From an uncultured delta proteobacterium (GTDB lineage Bacteria > Desulfobacterota > Binatia > Binatales > Binataceae), in contig CAVVGR010000008.1 in NCBI GenBank assembly GCA_963747845.1, positions 65,091-129,090 of the forward strand: a stretch of DNA of 64,000 bases. The letters run 5' to 3'. The translations under genes were made by a program, and so were the position numbers. Positions 37,762 to 46,260 of the stretch are shown one piece after another (positions within the stretch are counted from its first letter, which is position 1; each line of letters opens with the position of its first letter). The notes below the pieces were generated by a model that worked only from the letters and a program-made list of their open reading frames with translations, did no database searches and was not told the origin of the DNA.

Positions 37762-39870
37762 ATGAACGAGCAAGTTACCCGCCAGATCCTGTGGAACGTC
37801 CCCGTGCCGTTCATCGTGCTGATGTACGGGCTGCTCGGCCTGCTGATCGTCGGCTTCATCTACGCCGGCCTCAGGTGGTACCGGCTTGTCACCCTCGGCG
37901 TCGCCGACGCGCGCTTCGATCATCCCGTCGAGCGCCTGCTGCTGTCGCTGCGCGACTCGTTCGGCCAGGGCAACGTGATTCGCGAGACCTGGGGCTGGAT
38001 GCATTACGCGTTCTACGTCGCCTTCGTCGGCCTGTTCATCGGCACGACCATCGTCGCGATCAACAGCGACGTGCGCGACCTGTTCCGCGTCTTCGGCCTC
38101 GACCTCTACTTCTACTACGGCGACTTCTACCTCTACTTCAAAGCCGCGATGGACACCTTCTTCCTGCTGCTGATTCTCGGCGTGCTGATGGAAGGTGCGC
38201 GGCGCTCGCTTCGCAAGCCGACCGTGCTGAACGAGCCGCCCGCCGACAAGATGCGCGACAATCTCGAGAACCGGCTCGGCTACTGGTTCCCGATGTCGAT
38301 GATGGTGCTGACCGCCCTCACCGGCCTGATGCTCGAAGGCGCGCGTATCAACGCGGCGCATCCCGCGTTCCACGAATGGGCCTACGTTGGCCGCGTCGTC
38401 GGGAGCATCGAGGGCGCGCTCGGCGCTGGCTTGATTTACCATCGAGTGATCTGGCTGGTGCACGTGCTGTTCGTGTTCGCGCTGCTGTTCTGCTTTCCGT
38501 TCACCAAGCTGCGGCACCTGATCTTCGGACCGCTGAACCTGTTTTTCCGCAACATGGGTCCGCGCGGACGGCTCGCGCCAATCAAGGATTTCGAAACCGC
38601 CGAGACCTTCGGCGTCTCGCAGGTCGAGCAGTACACCTGGAAGCAACTGCTCGACATGGGCTCGTGCCTCGAATGCGGCCGCTGCACCATCAACTGTCCC
38701 ACCGTCAACACCGGCAAGACGCTCAATCCCAAATTCCTCGTGATCGAACAGCGCGAGCATCTGCTCGACAAGGCGCCGTTTCTGCTCGCGGCGAAGGCCA
38801 ACGGCACAAAAGAGGCCGAAGGCGCCGAGGCGCCGGCGTGGGACGGCCCCGACATGATCACGCAGGTCGCGACCGAAGAAGCGGTGTGGGGATGCACGTC
38901 GTGCGGATGGTGCGAAGAGGGCTGCCCCGTCGGCATCGAGCACATCCAGCGAATCGTCGACATGCGCCGCTACGACGTGCTGATGGAATCGCGGTTCCCG
39001 ACCGAGTTGACGGGCGCGTTCAAGGGCATCGAGAACCAGGGCAATCCATGGGGACTCGCGCAGGAGAAGCGCGCCGAATGGGCCAACGGTCTCGACATTC
39101 CCGAGATTGCCGAGCTCGAAGATCCGTCGGAGATCGACGTGCTCTACTGGGTCGGATGCGCCGGCTCGTACGACGAGCGCAATCAGCGCGTCAGCAAGTC
39201 GTTCTCGGGCTTGATGAAACAGGCGGGCGTCAAGTTTGCGATTCTAGGGCGCGAGGAGAGCTGCACCGGCGACCCGGCGCGCCGCCTCGGCAACGAATAT
39301 CTATATGCGACGGTGGCGGCGCAGAATGTCGAGACGCTCAACAAATACAAGCCGCGGCGAATAGTCACGCAATGCCCGCATTGTTTTCACAATCTGAAGA
39401 ATGAGTATCCGGACTTCGGCGGCAACTACACGGTGCTGCACGAAGCGGAGTTTATCGACGAGCTGATCCAGGCCGGGCGCCTGAAGCCGCGCGGCAAGAT
39501 CGACGAGCGCATCACCTATCACGACCCATGCTACATGGCGCGCCACAATCGCAAATGGGACAGCGCTCGCAGCGCGCTCGGCGCGATTCCCGGCACCGAA
39601 CTCGAAGAGGTCGAGCAGTCGAAGAATCGCACGTTCTGCTGCGGCGCCGGCGGCGGATGCTTCTGGAAAGAGGAACACGAAGGCACGCGCATCAATCAGA
39701 AGCGCTTCGATCAACTGAACGAGGCCAAGCCCAAATGCATCGCCGTCGGATGCCCGTTCTGCATGACGATGCTCGAAGACGCGGTAAAGTCCCGCTCGCT
39801 CGAAGAAACAATGCGCGTCCGCGACCTCGCAGAGCTGGTCGCAGAATCCACCGGCGTCAGCACGAAGTGA
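37762..39870 (+). CDS. membrane-anchored Fe-S oxidoreductase (NarI/HdrE-like TM domain fused to HdrD-like 2x[4Fe-4S] + CCG domains)
   Basis: N-terminal TM helices. CLECGRCTINCP and CTSCGWCEEGCP ferredoxin motifs. Cys-rich CCG-type motifs (VGCAGSY, QCPHC, FCCGAGGG). Confidence 0.85.
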   Translation: MNEQVTRQILWNVPVPFIVLMYGLLGLLIVGFIYAGLRWYRLVTLGVADARFDHPVERLLLSLRDSFGQGNVIRETWGWMHYAFYVAFVGLFIGTTIVAINSDVRDLFRVFGLDLYFYYGDFYLYFKAAMDTFFLLLILGVLMEGARRSLRKPTVLNEPPADKMRDNLENRLGYWFPMSMMVLTALTGLMLEGARINAAHPAFHEWAYVGRVVGSIEGALGAGLIYHRVIWLVHVLFVFALLFCFPFTKLRHLIFGPLNLFFRNMGPRGRLAPIKDFETAETFGVSQVEQYTWKQLLDMGSCLECGRCTINCPTVNTGKTLNPKFLVIEQREHLLDKAPFLLAAKANGTKEAEGAEAPAWDGPDMITQVATEEAVWGCTSCGWCEEGCPVGIEHIQRIVDMRRYDVLMESRFPTELTGAFKGIENQGNPWGLAQEKRAEWANGLDIPEIAELEDPSEIDVLYWVGCAGSYDERNQRVSKSFSGLMKQAGVKFAILGREESCTGDPARRLGNEYLYATVAAQNVETLNKYKPRRIVTQCPHCFHNLKNEYPDFGGNYTVLHEAEFIDELIQAGRLKPRGKIDERITYHDPCYMARHNRKWDSARSALGAIPGTELEEVEQSKNRTFCCGAGGGCFWKEEHEGTRINQKRFDQLNEAKPKCIAVGCPFCMTMLEDAVKSRSLEETMRVRDLAELVAESTGVSTK

Positions 39871-39914
39871 TCGCGTCGTGATATGATGCGAAGAGTGCGG
39901 CGCAAGGCAGAGCA

Positions 39915-40928
39915 ATGAAACTGACTGCAGTATTCAAGAAAGTGCGAGGCGGCTACGTCGGGTTCGTCGAAGAACTGCCCGGCGCAAACACGCAAGGCCG
40001 CACGCTGCGTGAGACTCGCACGCATCTGAAGGAAGCAGTCGCTCTCGTGCTGGCCGCGAATCGTACTCTAGCCAAACAAATCGTGAGCACGCTCTCATCA
40101 ACAACTGACACCGGCACTGCGCTGCATCCGCTGAATCATGGATTCGCGTGGACGCCTGTGCGCGGGCCGTTTCGGCTGATCACCGACGAGCAGGCGCGAT
40201 CGTTCAACGAGCGCGGCTTCTTCGTGCTCCAGGATGCAATCGACGTTGCGACTATCGCTCGCGTGCGCGACGCGATCGATCCCTTCGAGGCACGCGCCGA
40301 GGAGTTCCTGCGCTCGCTGCCCGACGGCCGGATGGGTATCGCGAAGGCTGACGGAATCACCTTCACCGTGCATCTCGTCAAGCTCTCGAGCGTGTTGCGC
40401 GAGTTCTCGGCGAGCCGCGTCTTCCAGGATCTCTGCCACGACCTCATCGGTCCCGACGTGCGCCTGTACTGGGATCAAGCCGTGTACAAGAAGCCCGAGT
40501 ATCCGAAGCCGTTCCCGTGGCATCAGGACAACGGCTACACCTACATCGAGCCGCAGGCGTACCTCACCTGCTGGGTCGCGCTTAACGACGCGACGCTCGA
40601 CAACGGCTGCCCGTGGGTGATTCCCGGCGGTCATCTGCGCGGGACGCTCGCGCATCGCGCGTCGAAGCTCGGATTTGTATGCCGCGAGCAGGACGGTCCC
40701 GAGGCGCTCGCGGTGCCGGTGCGCGCGGGAGGCGTCGTCGTGTTTTCCTCGCTGATGCCGCATCGCACCGGCCCCAACGTCACCGACGGCGTGCGCAAAT
40801 CGTACATCCTGCAGTACGCGCCCGACGGCGCGCGAATCGTGCAGACCGACACGACGTGCGACGCGCCCGATCGTCAGTACCTGATTCTCAAAAACGGCGA
40901 TCGCATTTCTCCGCCGCCGCTGGAATAG
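39915..40928 (+). CDS. HicB-like antitoxin domain (aa 1 to about 55) continuous with a phytanoyl-CoA dioxygenase (PhyH) family protein
   Basis: MKLTAVFKKVRGGYVGFVEELPGANTQGRTLRETRTHLKEAVALVLAANRTLA is HicB/UPF0150-like. The rest, ...FPWHQDNGY...WVALNDAT..., is a Fe(II)/2OG dioxygenase. Candidate internal GTG start at 40083. Confidence 0.7.
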   Translation: MKLTAVFKKVRGGYVGFVEELPGANTQGRTLRETRTHLKEAVALVLAANRTLAKQIVSTLSSTTDTGTALHPLNHGFAWTPVRGPFRLITDEQARSFNERGFFVLQDAIDVATIARVRDAIDPFEARAEEFLRSLPDGRMGIAKADGITFTVHLVKLSSVLREFSASRVFQDLCHDLIGPDVRLYWDQAVYKKPEYPKPFPWHQDNGYTYIEPQAYLTCWVALNDATLDNGCPWVIPGGHLRGTLAHRASKLGFVCREQDGPEALAVPVRAGGVVVFSSLMPHRTGPNVTDGVRKSYILQYAPDGARIVQTDTTCDAPDRQYLILKNGDRISPPPLE

Positions 40929-40931
40929 CCG

Positions 40932-41894
40932 CTACTTCTTCATATCCGACAGAAAATCGAGCAGCGCCGCGTTCACCTCGGCCGGCTTCTCCTGCTGCGT
41001 CCAATGCCCCGAGCCCTTGACCAGCACGGTCTTGCGCAGGTTGGGCACCCAGGTCTTCATCCCTTCCGCCATCTCCGGCCGCAGCACGACGTCGAGCTCC
41101 GCGGTGATCATCAGCGCGGGCTGCTCGATGCGATCGGTCTGACCGGCGCTCTCTTCCCAGCTCCGATCCATGCATCGGTACCAGTTCAGGCCGCCGCGAA
41201 AGCCGCTCTTCTTGTAGGCGTTCACGAAGACCTCGAAGTCTTTGTCGGTGAGAAATTTTCCGTGCGGCCGATCCGGGAATCGATCGAGCAGTCCGCCGCC
41301 GGGCCGTCCAAACACACCAGATGGAGTCTTGCGAATCTCGGCCGGATCGATTTCCGGCGGGTCCTGGTAGAAGCCGCGCAGCGATCGGGACACGTCGCGT
41401 TCGAGCTCCGCTTCCGCCACGCCCGGAGTCTGGAAGTAGAGAATATAATGGAAGCCGCCCGCCGCAATCGCGCGCATCGCGTCGGTCGGCTTGATCGGCG
41501 CGCGCGGGAAAAACGGCGTGTTGATGCCGACGACCCGCTCGACGCTGTCACGCGCCATCAACGCCGTGTTCCACGCGACCATGCCGCCCCAGTCGTGACC
41601 GACGATCACGCACTTGCCGATGCCGAGCGCGTCGAGCATGCCGACGATATCGCCGACCAGCTTGCGCTGCGTGTACGCCTCGACTGGCTCGGGCGCGTCG
41701 GTCTCGCCGTAGCCGCGCTGGTCGGGCGCGATAGCGCGAAAGCCCGCCTCAGCCAGCGCTTTCATCTGATGCCGCCACGAGTACCACAGCTCGGGAAACC
41801 CGTGGCACAGAACGACCGGAACGCCATCGCCGGTTTCAGCCACGTGCATCCTGATGCCGTTGGTTTTGACGAAGCTATGCTTGATTTCGCTCAT
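40932..41894 (-). CDS. epoxide hydrolase (alpha/beta hydrolase fold)
   Basis: ORF trimmed to MSEIKHSFVKTNG at 41894. HGFPELWYSWRHQ, nucleophile GHDWGG, ...GSGHWTQQE. Confidence 0.85.
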   Translation of the reverse strand: MSEIKHSFVKTNGIRMHVAETGDGVPVVLCHGFPELWYSWRHQMKALAEAGFRAIAPDQRGYGETDAPEPVEAYTQRKLVGDIVGMLDALGIGKCVIVGHDWGGMVAWNTALMARDSVERVVGINTPFFPRAPIKPTDAMRAIAAGGFHYILYFQTPGVAEAELERDVSRSLRGFYQDPPEIDPAEIRKTPSGVFGRPGGGLLDRFPDRPHGKFLTDKDFEVFVNAYKKSGFRGGLNWYRCMDRSWEESAGQTDRIEQPALMITAELDVVLRPEMAEGMKTWVPNLRKTVLVKGSGHWTQQEKPAEVNAALLDFLSDMKK

Positions 41895-42081
41895 TTTCGT
41901 GTCCTCCGCGAACCGCGCTGCGGCTGCGGGAATCATGCGGCAACGATGGATTCGAAGCCAGCCGAATCGAAGTAATAATTCCGCAATTGACAAGCCCGCG
42001 GACGCCGCCTTATGCTCTCGATCCCGATAACTGAACGCTCGTTTAATTGAGAACGGTACAACCAAAATGGAGGAACGCCCG

Positions 42082-42730
42082 ATGAGCCGCGATTTTGAAT
42101 TCAAACAACTGCTGAGAGCCTACCGCAGCGGAATTATTTCCCAGTCGACCTTCGAAGGCGAAATGGCATGGCTCGAGGCCGGCACGCACGACCAATGGCA
42201 ACGGCAACGGCGCAGGCTTCAAGGCCTTCGGCCGCGATTACAAATCCGAACGCGCAGCCGTCGTCAGCTTCCTGGACAAGGTTCGCGCGGGCGAGGCCAA
42301 CGGCGGCGAAGCATTCGCGGCGTGGGCGGAAGTCTGCACCACAGACTGCATCCGCACCGGCATTCGCATCGTCGCTGAGCGCGAGGCCTATCATTCGCGC
42401 ATTTTCGCGCAGCGCCTGGCCGAACTCGGCGGCGAAGCGCGCGCGACGACCACCGAGGAAGGACGCAAGTTCACCGCCTACCTCGGCAATCCCTCGATTC
42501 CCGACAACGAGAAGCTGCTGAACTTCACCAAGCAGGTCGGCAAGCCCGAGGATGCGATCAAGCCGATTTGCGAGTTCGCCGGATTGTTGAAGGAAGACCT
42601 CTCGACCAAGGAAGCGCTGCGGCTGTTCGCCGAAGACGAGCTTTCGACGGCGAAGTGGATCTGGGACTCATGCGCCGCGCTCAACGCGCCCAAGCAGGAA
42701 GCGTCCGCGTCGGCATCGTCATCGATGTAG
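42082..42730 (+). pseudogene. hypothetical protein, +1 frame change near 42190
   Basis: ATG 42082 follows the SD GGAGGA. MSRDFEFKQLLRAYRSGIISQSTFEGEMAWLEAG... then GNGNGAGFKAFGRDYKSERAAVVSFLDKVRAGE...AEREAYHSRIFAQRLAELGG...STAKWIWDSCAAL in frame +1. That segment has no start codon of its own and is absent from the ORF track. Confidence 0.6.
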
Positions 42731-42756
42731 TTTCTTTCGCGTCAGACTGAAACGAC

Positions 42757-42792
42757 GAGCGGGGCCCCAGCAAGGGACCCCGCTCTTTTTTT
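42757..42792 (+). terminator. rho-independent terminator (between convergent genes)
   Basis: GAGCGGGGCCCC-AGCAA-GGGACCCCGCTC followed by TTTTTTT. Confidence 0.7.
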
Positions 42793-42819
42793 AGACGCGC
42801 GCGAGTTGAGTTCAGCGCT

Positions 42820-43629
42820 CTATTGCGCCGGTGATGCGCCTGCGGCCGGTGCTGGAATTGCCTTCATCGGCGGCTGTCCCATCTTCATCATGCCCGGCTT
42901 CGGCAGGTCTCTCTTGGTGAAATCCGCGGGAATTGCAAAATCCGCGTCCGCCAGTTTCTTCGTCTCGATCTTTTCGACCAGTGTGCTGGTCAGAACTGGC
43001 GGGCGCTTCGCCATCATTTCATTAATTTTTTCTGCCTGCTCCGGCGGCATCCCGGGAATGTTGATCTTGCCCATCTTCATCGACGAGTCCAGCGCGAGCG
43101 GCACGCCGCCGGGGATCTCGCCGCTGGCCGTGGGAGCGCCTGAAGCCTTGAGCTTGTCCGCCATATTTTTCTCGAACGCGGCAAACTCATCGGCGCCGGG
43201 CGCGCTGGTCGAGAAGCATTCCTTGACCGTATAGTCGCCCGCCATCATGTGCCCGCCGCCGTTGTAGTCGGTGCACTTGTAGCCGGCGATTTCGCGCGTG
43301 GTGCCGGCACTCTTGAAATTCATCGCCGCGTTGGTGCTCGCCGCCATCATCGCCGCCATCTGGCCCTTGGGCGGAAAGTCGAGCTGGAAGTAGGTCTTGG
43401 TCTTGGGATCGAGCACGTACATCTTACCACCGTCGAGGTCGGTGATGATCGTGTGCCGCTCGGTCACCATCTTCTGCTTGTTGCCTTCCACTGAAACGGT
43501 CTGTTCCGAGTCGCGGGAGTTGGTCCCGCTGGTCACGTGCTGCTTCTGCGTGATGACGACCCCGGCGGCCGCGGGCAGCGCGCTCAATGCCAGCGTCGTG
43601 GCCGCAACCAGGGCGGTTAATTTCCTCAT
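42820..43629 (-). CDS. secreted DUF4412-like protein
   Basis: Signal peptide MRKLTALVAATTLALSALPAAAG. Met/Lys/Gly-rich mature part. Confidence 0.55.
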   Translation of the reverse strand: MRKLTALVAATTLALSALPAAAGVVITQKQHVTSGTNSRDSEQTVSVEGNKQKMVTERHTIITDLDGGKMYVLDPKTKTYFQLDFPPKGQMAAMMAASTNAAMNFKSAGTTREIAGYKCTDYNGGGHMMAGDYTVKECFSTSAPGADEFAAFEKNMADKLKASGAPTASGEIPGGVPLALDSSMKMGKINIPGMPPEQAEKINEMMAKRPPVLTSTLVEKIETKKLADADFAIPADFTKRDLPKPGMMKMGQPPMKAIPAPAAGASPAQ

Positions 43630-44675
43630 AGCGATTGCTCTCCTTGTGCTCGTTGCATTTTCATTACGGAGTCGCGCGCGGTGGTTGCGGCCGTGGTCTC
43701 GCCGCGTTGCTGCACGACCATCCTATGTATCATCAGGGCCAACAGCCCGAACAACACCCATACCATTTCCTTGATTCGGCGTAGAAACCCCACCACGAAG
43801 CCGATCCCCGGCGGATAACCAAGCATCCCGAGAATCAGCGCCTTGCCGCCCTCCTGGCTCACCAGCTTGGCTGGAATCACGAAGGTCGCGCGCTCGATCA
43901 GCAGGCCAACCGCCTCGACCAGCAGTGCTATCTGCATCGACGCCGGCTGATGCAGCAGCTTCAGCAGGATATAAATTTCGAGCGGCCCGAAACTCCATGC
44001 GGCCGCATAGCACAGGCATGACGCGATGAGGCGGACGCGATGCCGCCCGTAGAAATCGATCAGGACCGTGTCGGCCTCGGCGGCGGACTCACGGATTTCC
44101 TCGGTGTTGATTCGCTTGATATCCAGCTTGGCCGCGGCGCGCCACAGATGCGAGAAAGGCTGCTTCATCTGCACGAAGAAGAAGCCGCCCGCCAGCGCCA
44201 CCGCCAGCGCAAACCCGCCGACTATCGACCAGTAGATGTTCGCCGACACCGGTATCAGGCGCAGCGAGATCACCAGCGCTACCGACATGAACACGATTTG
44301 CCCGATCGCCTCGGCCAGCGACGCGACAACGACCGTCGCTAGTCCTATCGGCATGCGCAATTTCTCGCGCACATCCGCCGCCATCACGAATTGCCCGCCG
44401 AGCTGCGCCGACGGCGTCACGTAGTCGATCGCCTCGCCGCCAATTCGCGCCGCGAACAACTCGATGAACCTGAGCGACGGCGGATAGTCCTCGATCGTGA
44501 CCCGCCAGCCGAGAGTGTTCGCGATTCGGGAGAGCGCCTCGAGCGAAATCGTCACCGCCAGGCCCCATCCCGCCATCCGCACATAGCCGATCACCTGGTG
44601 CGGCCCGTAATGCGTCAGGAACCAGGCGTAGAACGCGATCGCAATGATGATGAAGAATGTCTCGACGCGGCGCAT
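43626..44675 (-). CDS. lysylphosphatidylglycerol-synthase-TM-region-like (UPF0104 flippase-like) membrane protein
   Basis: 349 aa, about 8 TM segments. Overlaps the downstream gene start by 4 nt. Confidence 0.6.
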   Translation of the reverse strand: MRRVETFFIIIAIAFYAWFLTHYGPHQVIGYVRMAGWGLAVTISLEALSRIANTLGWRVTIEDYPPSLRFIELFAARIGGEAIDYVTPSAQLGGQFVMAADVREKLRMPIGLATVVVASLAEAIGQIVFMSVALVISLRLIPVSANIYWSIVGGFALAVALAGGFFFVQMKQPFSHLWRAAAKLDIKRINTEEIRESAAEADTVLIDFYGRHRVRLIASCLCYAAAWSFGPLEIYILLKLLHQPASMQIALLVEAVGLLIERATFVIPAKLVSQEGGKALILGMLGYPPGIGFVVGFLRRIKEMVWVLFGLLALMIHRMVVQQRGETTAATTARDSVMKMQRAQGEQSL

Positions 44676-44794
44676 CGGCAGGTGGAGGCCCTCCCGGTCC
44701 GGGACGGCAACCGATGCATTGTTTCAGTCGCGCCCCACCTTAGCAACCCACGAATGCTTGAGTTATCCGCCGCTTTGCGGTGCGAAATCCGCGC

Positions 44795-45568
44795 CTATCC
44801 CTTGCCGCCGATCAGCCCGGCGAACTTCTCTAGCTCCTGCTGATTCAAATCCGACACCACCCAGCAGTTCATCCCGGCCGTCGTCAGTTGCTCGACGTTA
44901 TATCCATGCTCCGTCTCGATTCTCATCGCGCTGGTCGTGGCGCCGGTGGACGGCCACATGAAAACGTTGATGACGTGCTTGCCATGCTGATAGACGAGCG
45001 CCGCGACCGGCCGGCCGTTGATATAGTCAAGCCTGCCGCCCACCAGCGGAAAACCGTCGTTCTTGAAATCGGTCACGGGCGGCGAGAAATCCAGTTTGCC
45101 GTTGAACCACGGCTTGACCGTGTGCTGATCGGTCGAAGCGACGTCCATCAGATGCGTCGCCATCAGCGAGCGGACGTGGCTCGCGACCACTTCACCTGCC
45201 AGCTGTTGGTCGATTGAGGGGCCGATCGTGCGCGGCGCTATCGCCAGCGCGAGCACCGCGCCAACCGCGAGCGGCACGGCGAAGCGGGCAACGCGCGGCA
45301 TCCATGCTCCCCGCCGCGACGGGTAACCGCCGGACCGCGCGGGCGCAGGCGTCGGCAGCGCGCGGCGAATTTTCTCCTTCAACGCAGCCGGCGCCTCGAA
45401 GCGAAACTCGTCGTCCTTGAGCCGCGTGCGCATCGCGAGCAGAGCTGCGTATTCGCTCGCGCATCGCGGGCATTCCTCGAGATGGCGCTGAATCTCCAGG
45501 TCGGCGGCAAGGTCGAGCTCGCCGTCGAGATGCCCATGCATCAGTATTCGCGCGTCGTCGCAGTTCAT
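44795..45568 (-). CDS. anti-sigma factor (zf-HC2 N-terminus, single TM, periplasmic domain)
   Basis: MNCDDARILMHGHLDGEL...HLEECPRCASEY. Immediately downstream of the ECF sigma gene. Confidence 0.8.
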   Translation of the reverse strand: MNCDDARILMHGHLDGELDLAADLEIQRHLEECPRCASEYAALLAMRTRLKDDEFRFEAPAALKEKIRRALPTPAPARSGGYPSRRGAWMPRVARFAVPLAVGAVLALAIAPRTIGPSIDQQLAGEVVASHVRSLMATHLMDVASTDQHTVKPWFNGKLDFSPPVTDFKNDGFPLVGGRLDYINGRPVAALVYQHGKHVINVFMWPSTGATTSAMRIETEHGYNVEQLTTAGMNCWVVSDLNQQELEKFAGLIGGKG

Positions 45569-45570
45569 TT

Positions 45571-46188
45571 CTAGTGCCGGTTCGCCTTGGTTCGCATTTT
45601 TTCCTGGAGACTACGTGCGAGCTTGGAGCGGCCGCGCGCCAGCCGCGACATCACGGTGCCGATCGGCACGTCAGCCGCCTCGGCGATTTCCTTGTACGAA
45701 AGTCCCTCGATATCCCGCATCACGATCACCTCGCGAAACTCGTCCGCCAGATCGTCGAGCGCCGCGCGAATCATCGCGCCGTCGGCCTTGCGAACCGCCT
45801 CGGCCTCGAGTCCGCTGTCCTCGCTCGAACCGCCGTGAAGCTTCTCGTCGAATTCGGTGGGCGCGTCGGACCCGCGGTTGCGCTTGAGCCAGGTGAACGC
45901 CGTGTTGCGCACGATCGCGAGAATCCAGGCGCGCGGATCGCCGCCGCGAAATCCTCCCACGAACCTGAACGCGCGCAGATAGGCTTCCTGCACCACGTCC
46001 TGGGCGTCGTGATCGTCACGCACCAGCCATCGCGCGAGGTTATACGCAGCATCCATATGCGGCAGGAATGTGCGGTCGAAATCGACGGCTTTGCTTTCGT
46101 CCGGCAATAGCGTTGCTTCCGCCCGCACTCTCCCTTGGGTAACAGACCGCGGGCGCGGCAATTTTATTCCCGACTCCTTCGCGGCCAC
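45571..46188 (-). CDS. ECF-type RNA polymerase sigma factor
   Basis: GTG start. Region 2 DAQDVVQEAYLRAF...AWILAIVRNTAFTWLKR, region 4 LSYKEIAEAADVPIGTVMSRLARGR. Confidence 0.85.
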   Translation of the reverse strand: MAAKESGIKLPRPRSVTQGRVRAEATLLPDESKAVDFDRTFLPHMDAAYNLARWLVRDDHDAQDVVQEAYLRAFRFVGGFRGGDPRAWILAIVRNTAFTWLKRNRGSDAPTEFDEKLHGGSSEDSGLEAEAVRKADGAMIRAALDDLADEFREVIVMRDIEGLSYKEIAEAADVPIGTVMSRLARGRSKLARSLQEKMRTKANRH

Positions 46189-46195
46189 AATCGCG

Positions 46196-46221
46196 GGAAT
46201 TTCCGCTCACCGGCCGAGTCT
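46196..46221 (+). promoter_or_regulatory. candidate ECF-type promoter (GGAAT-N17-GTCT) upstream of the Tat-phosphoesterase gene
   Basis: GGAAT at 46196-46200 and GTCT at 46218-46221, about 40 nt before ATG 46261, divergent from the ECF sigma gene. Confidence 0.25.
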
Positions 46222-46260
46222 TGTTCGGTGAAAGCGCACATCAGCGCGAGGTGATTCTGG

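Noticed and set aside
37711-38943. 410-aa minus-strand ORF antisense to the Fe-S oxidoreductase
   Set aside because: Shadow ORF with an Arg/Glu/His-rich composition and no motifs.
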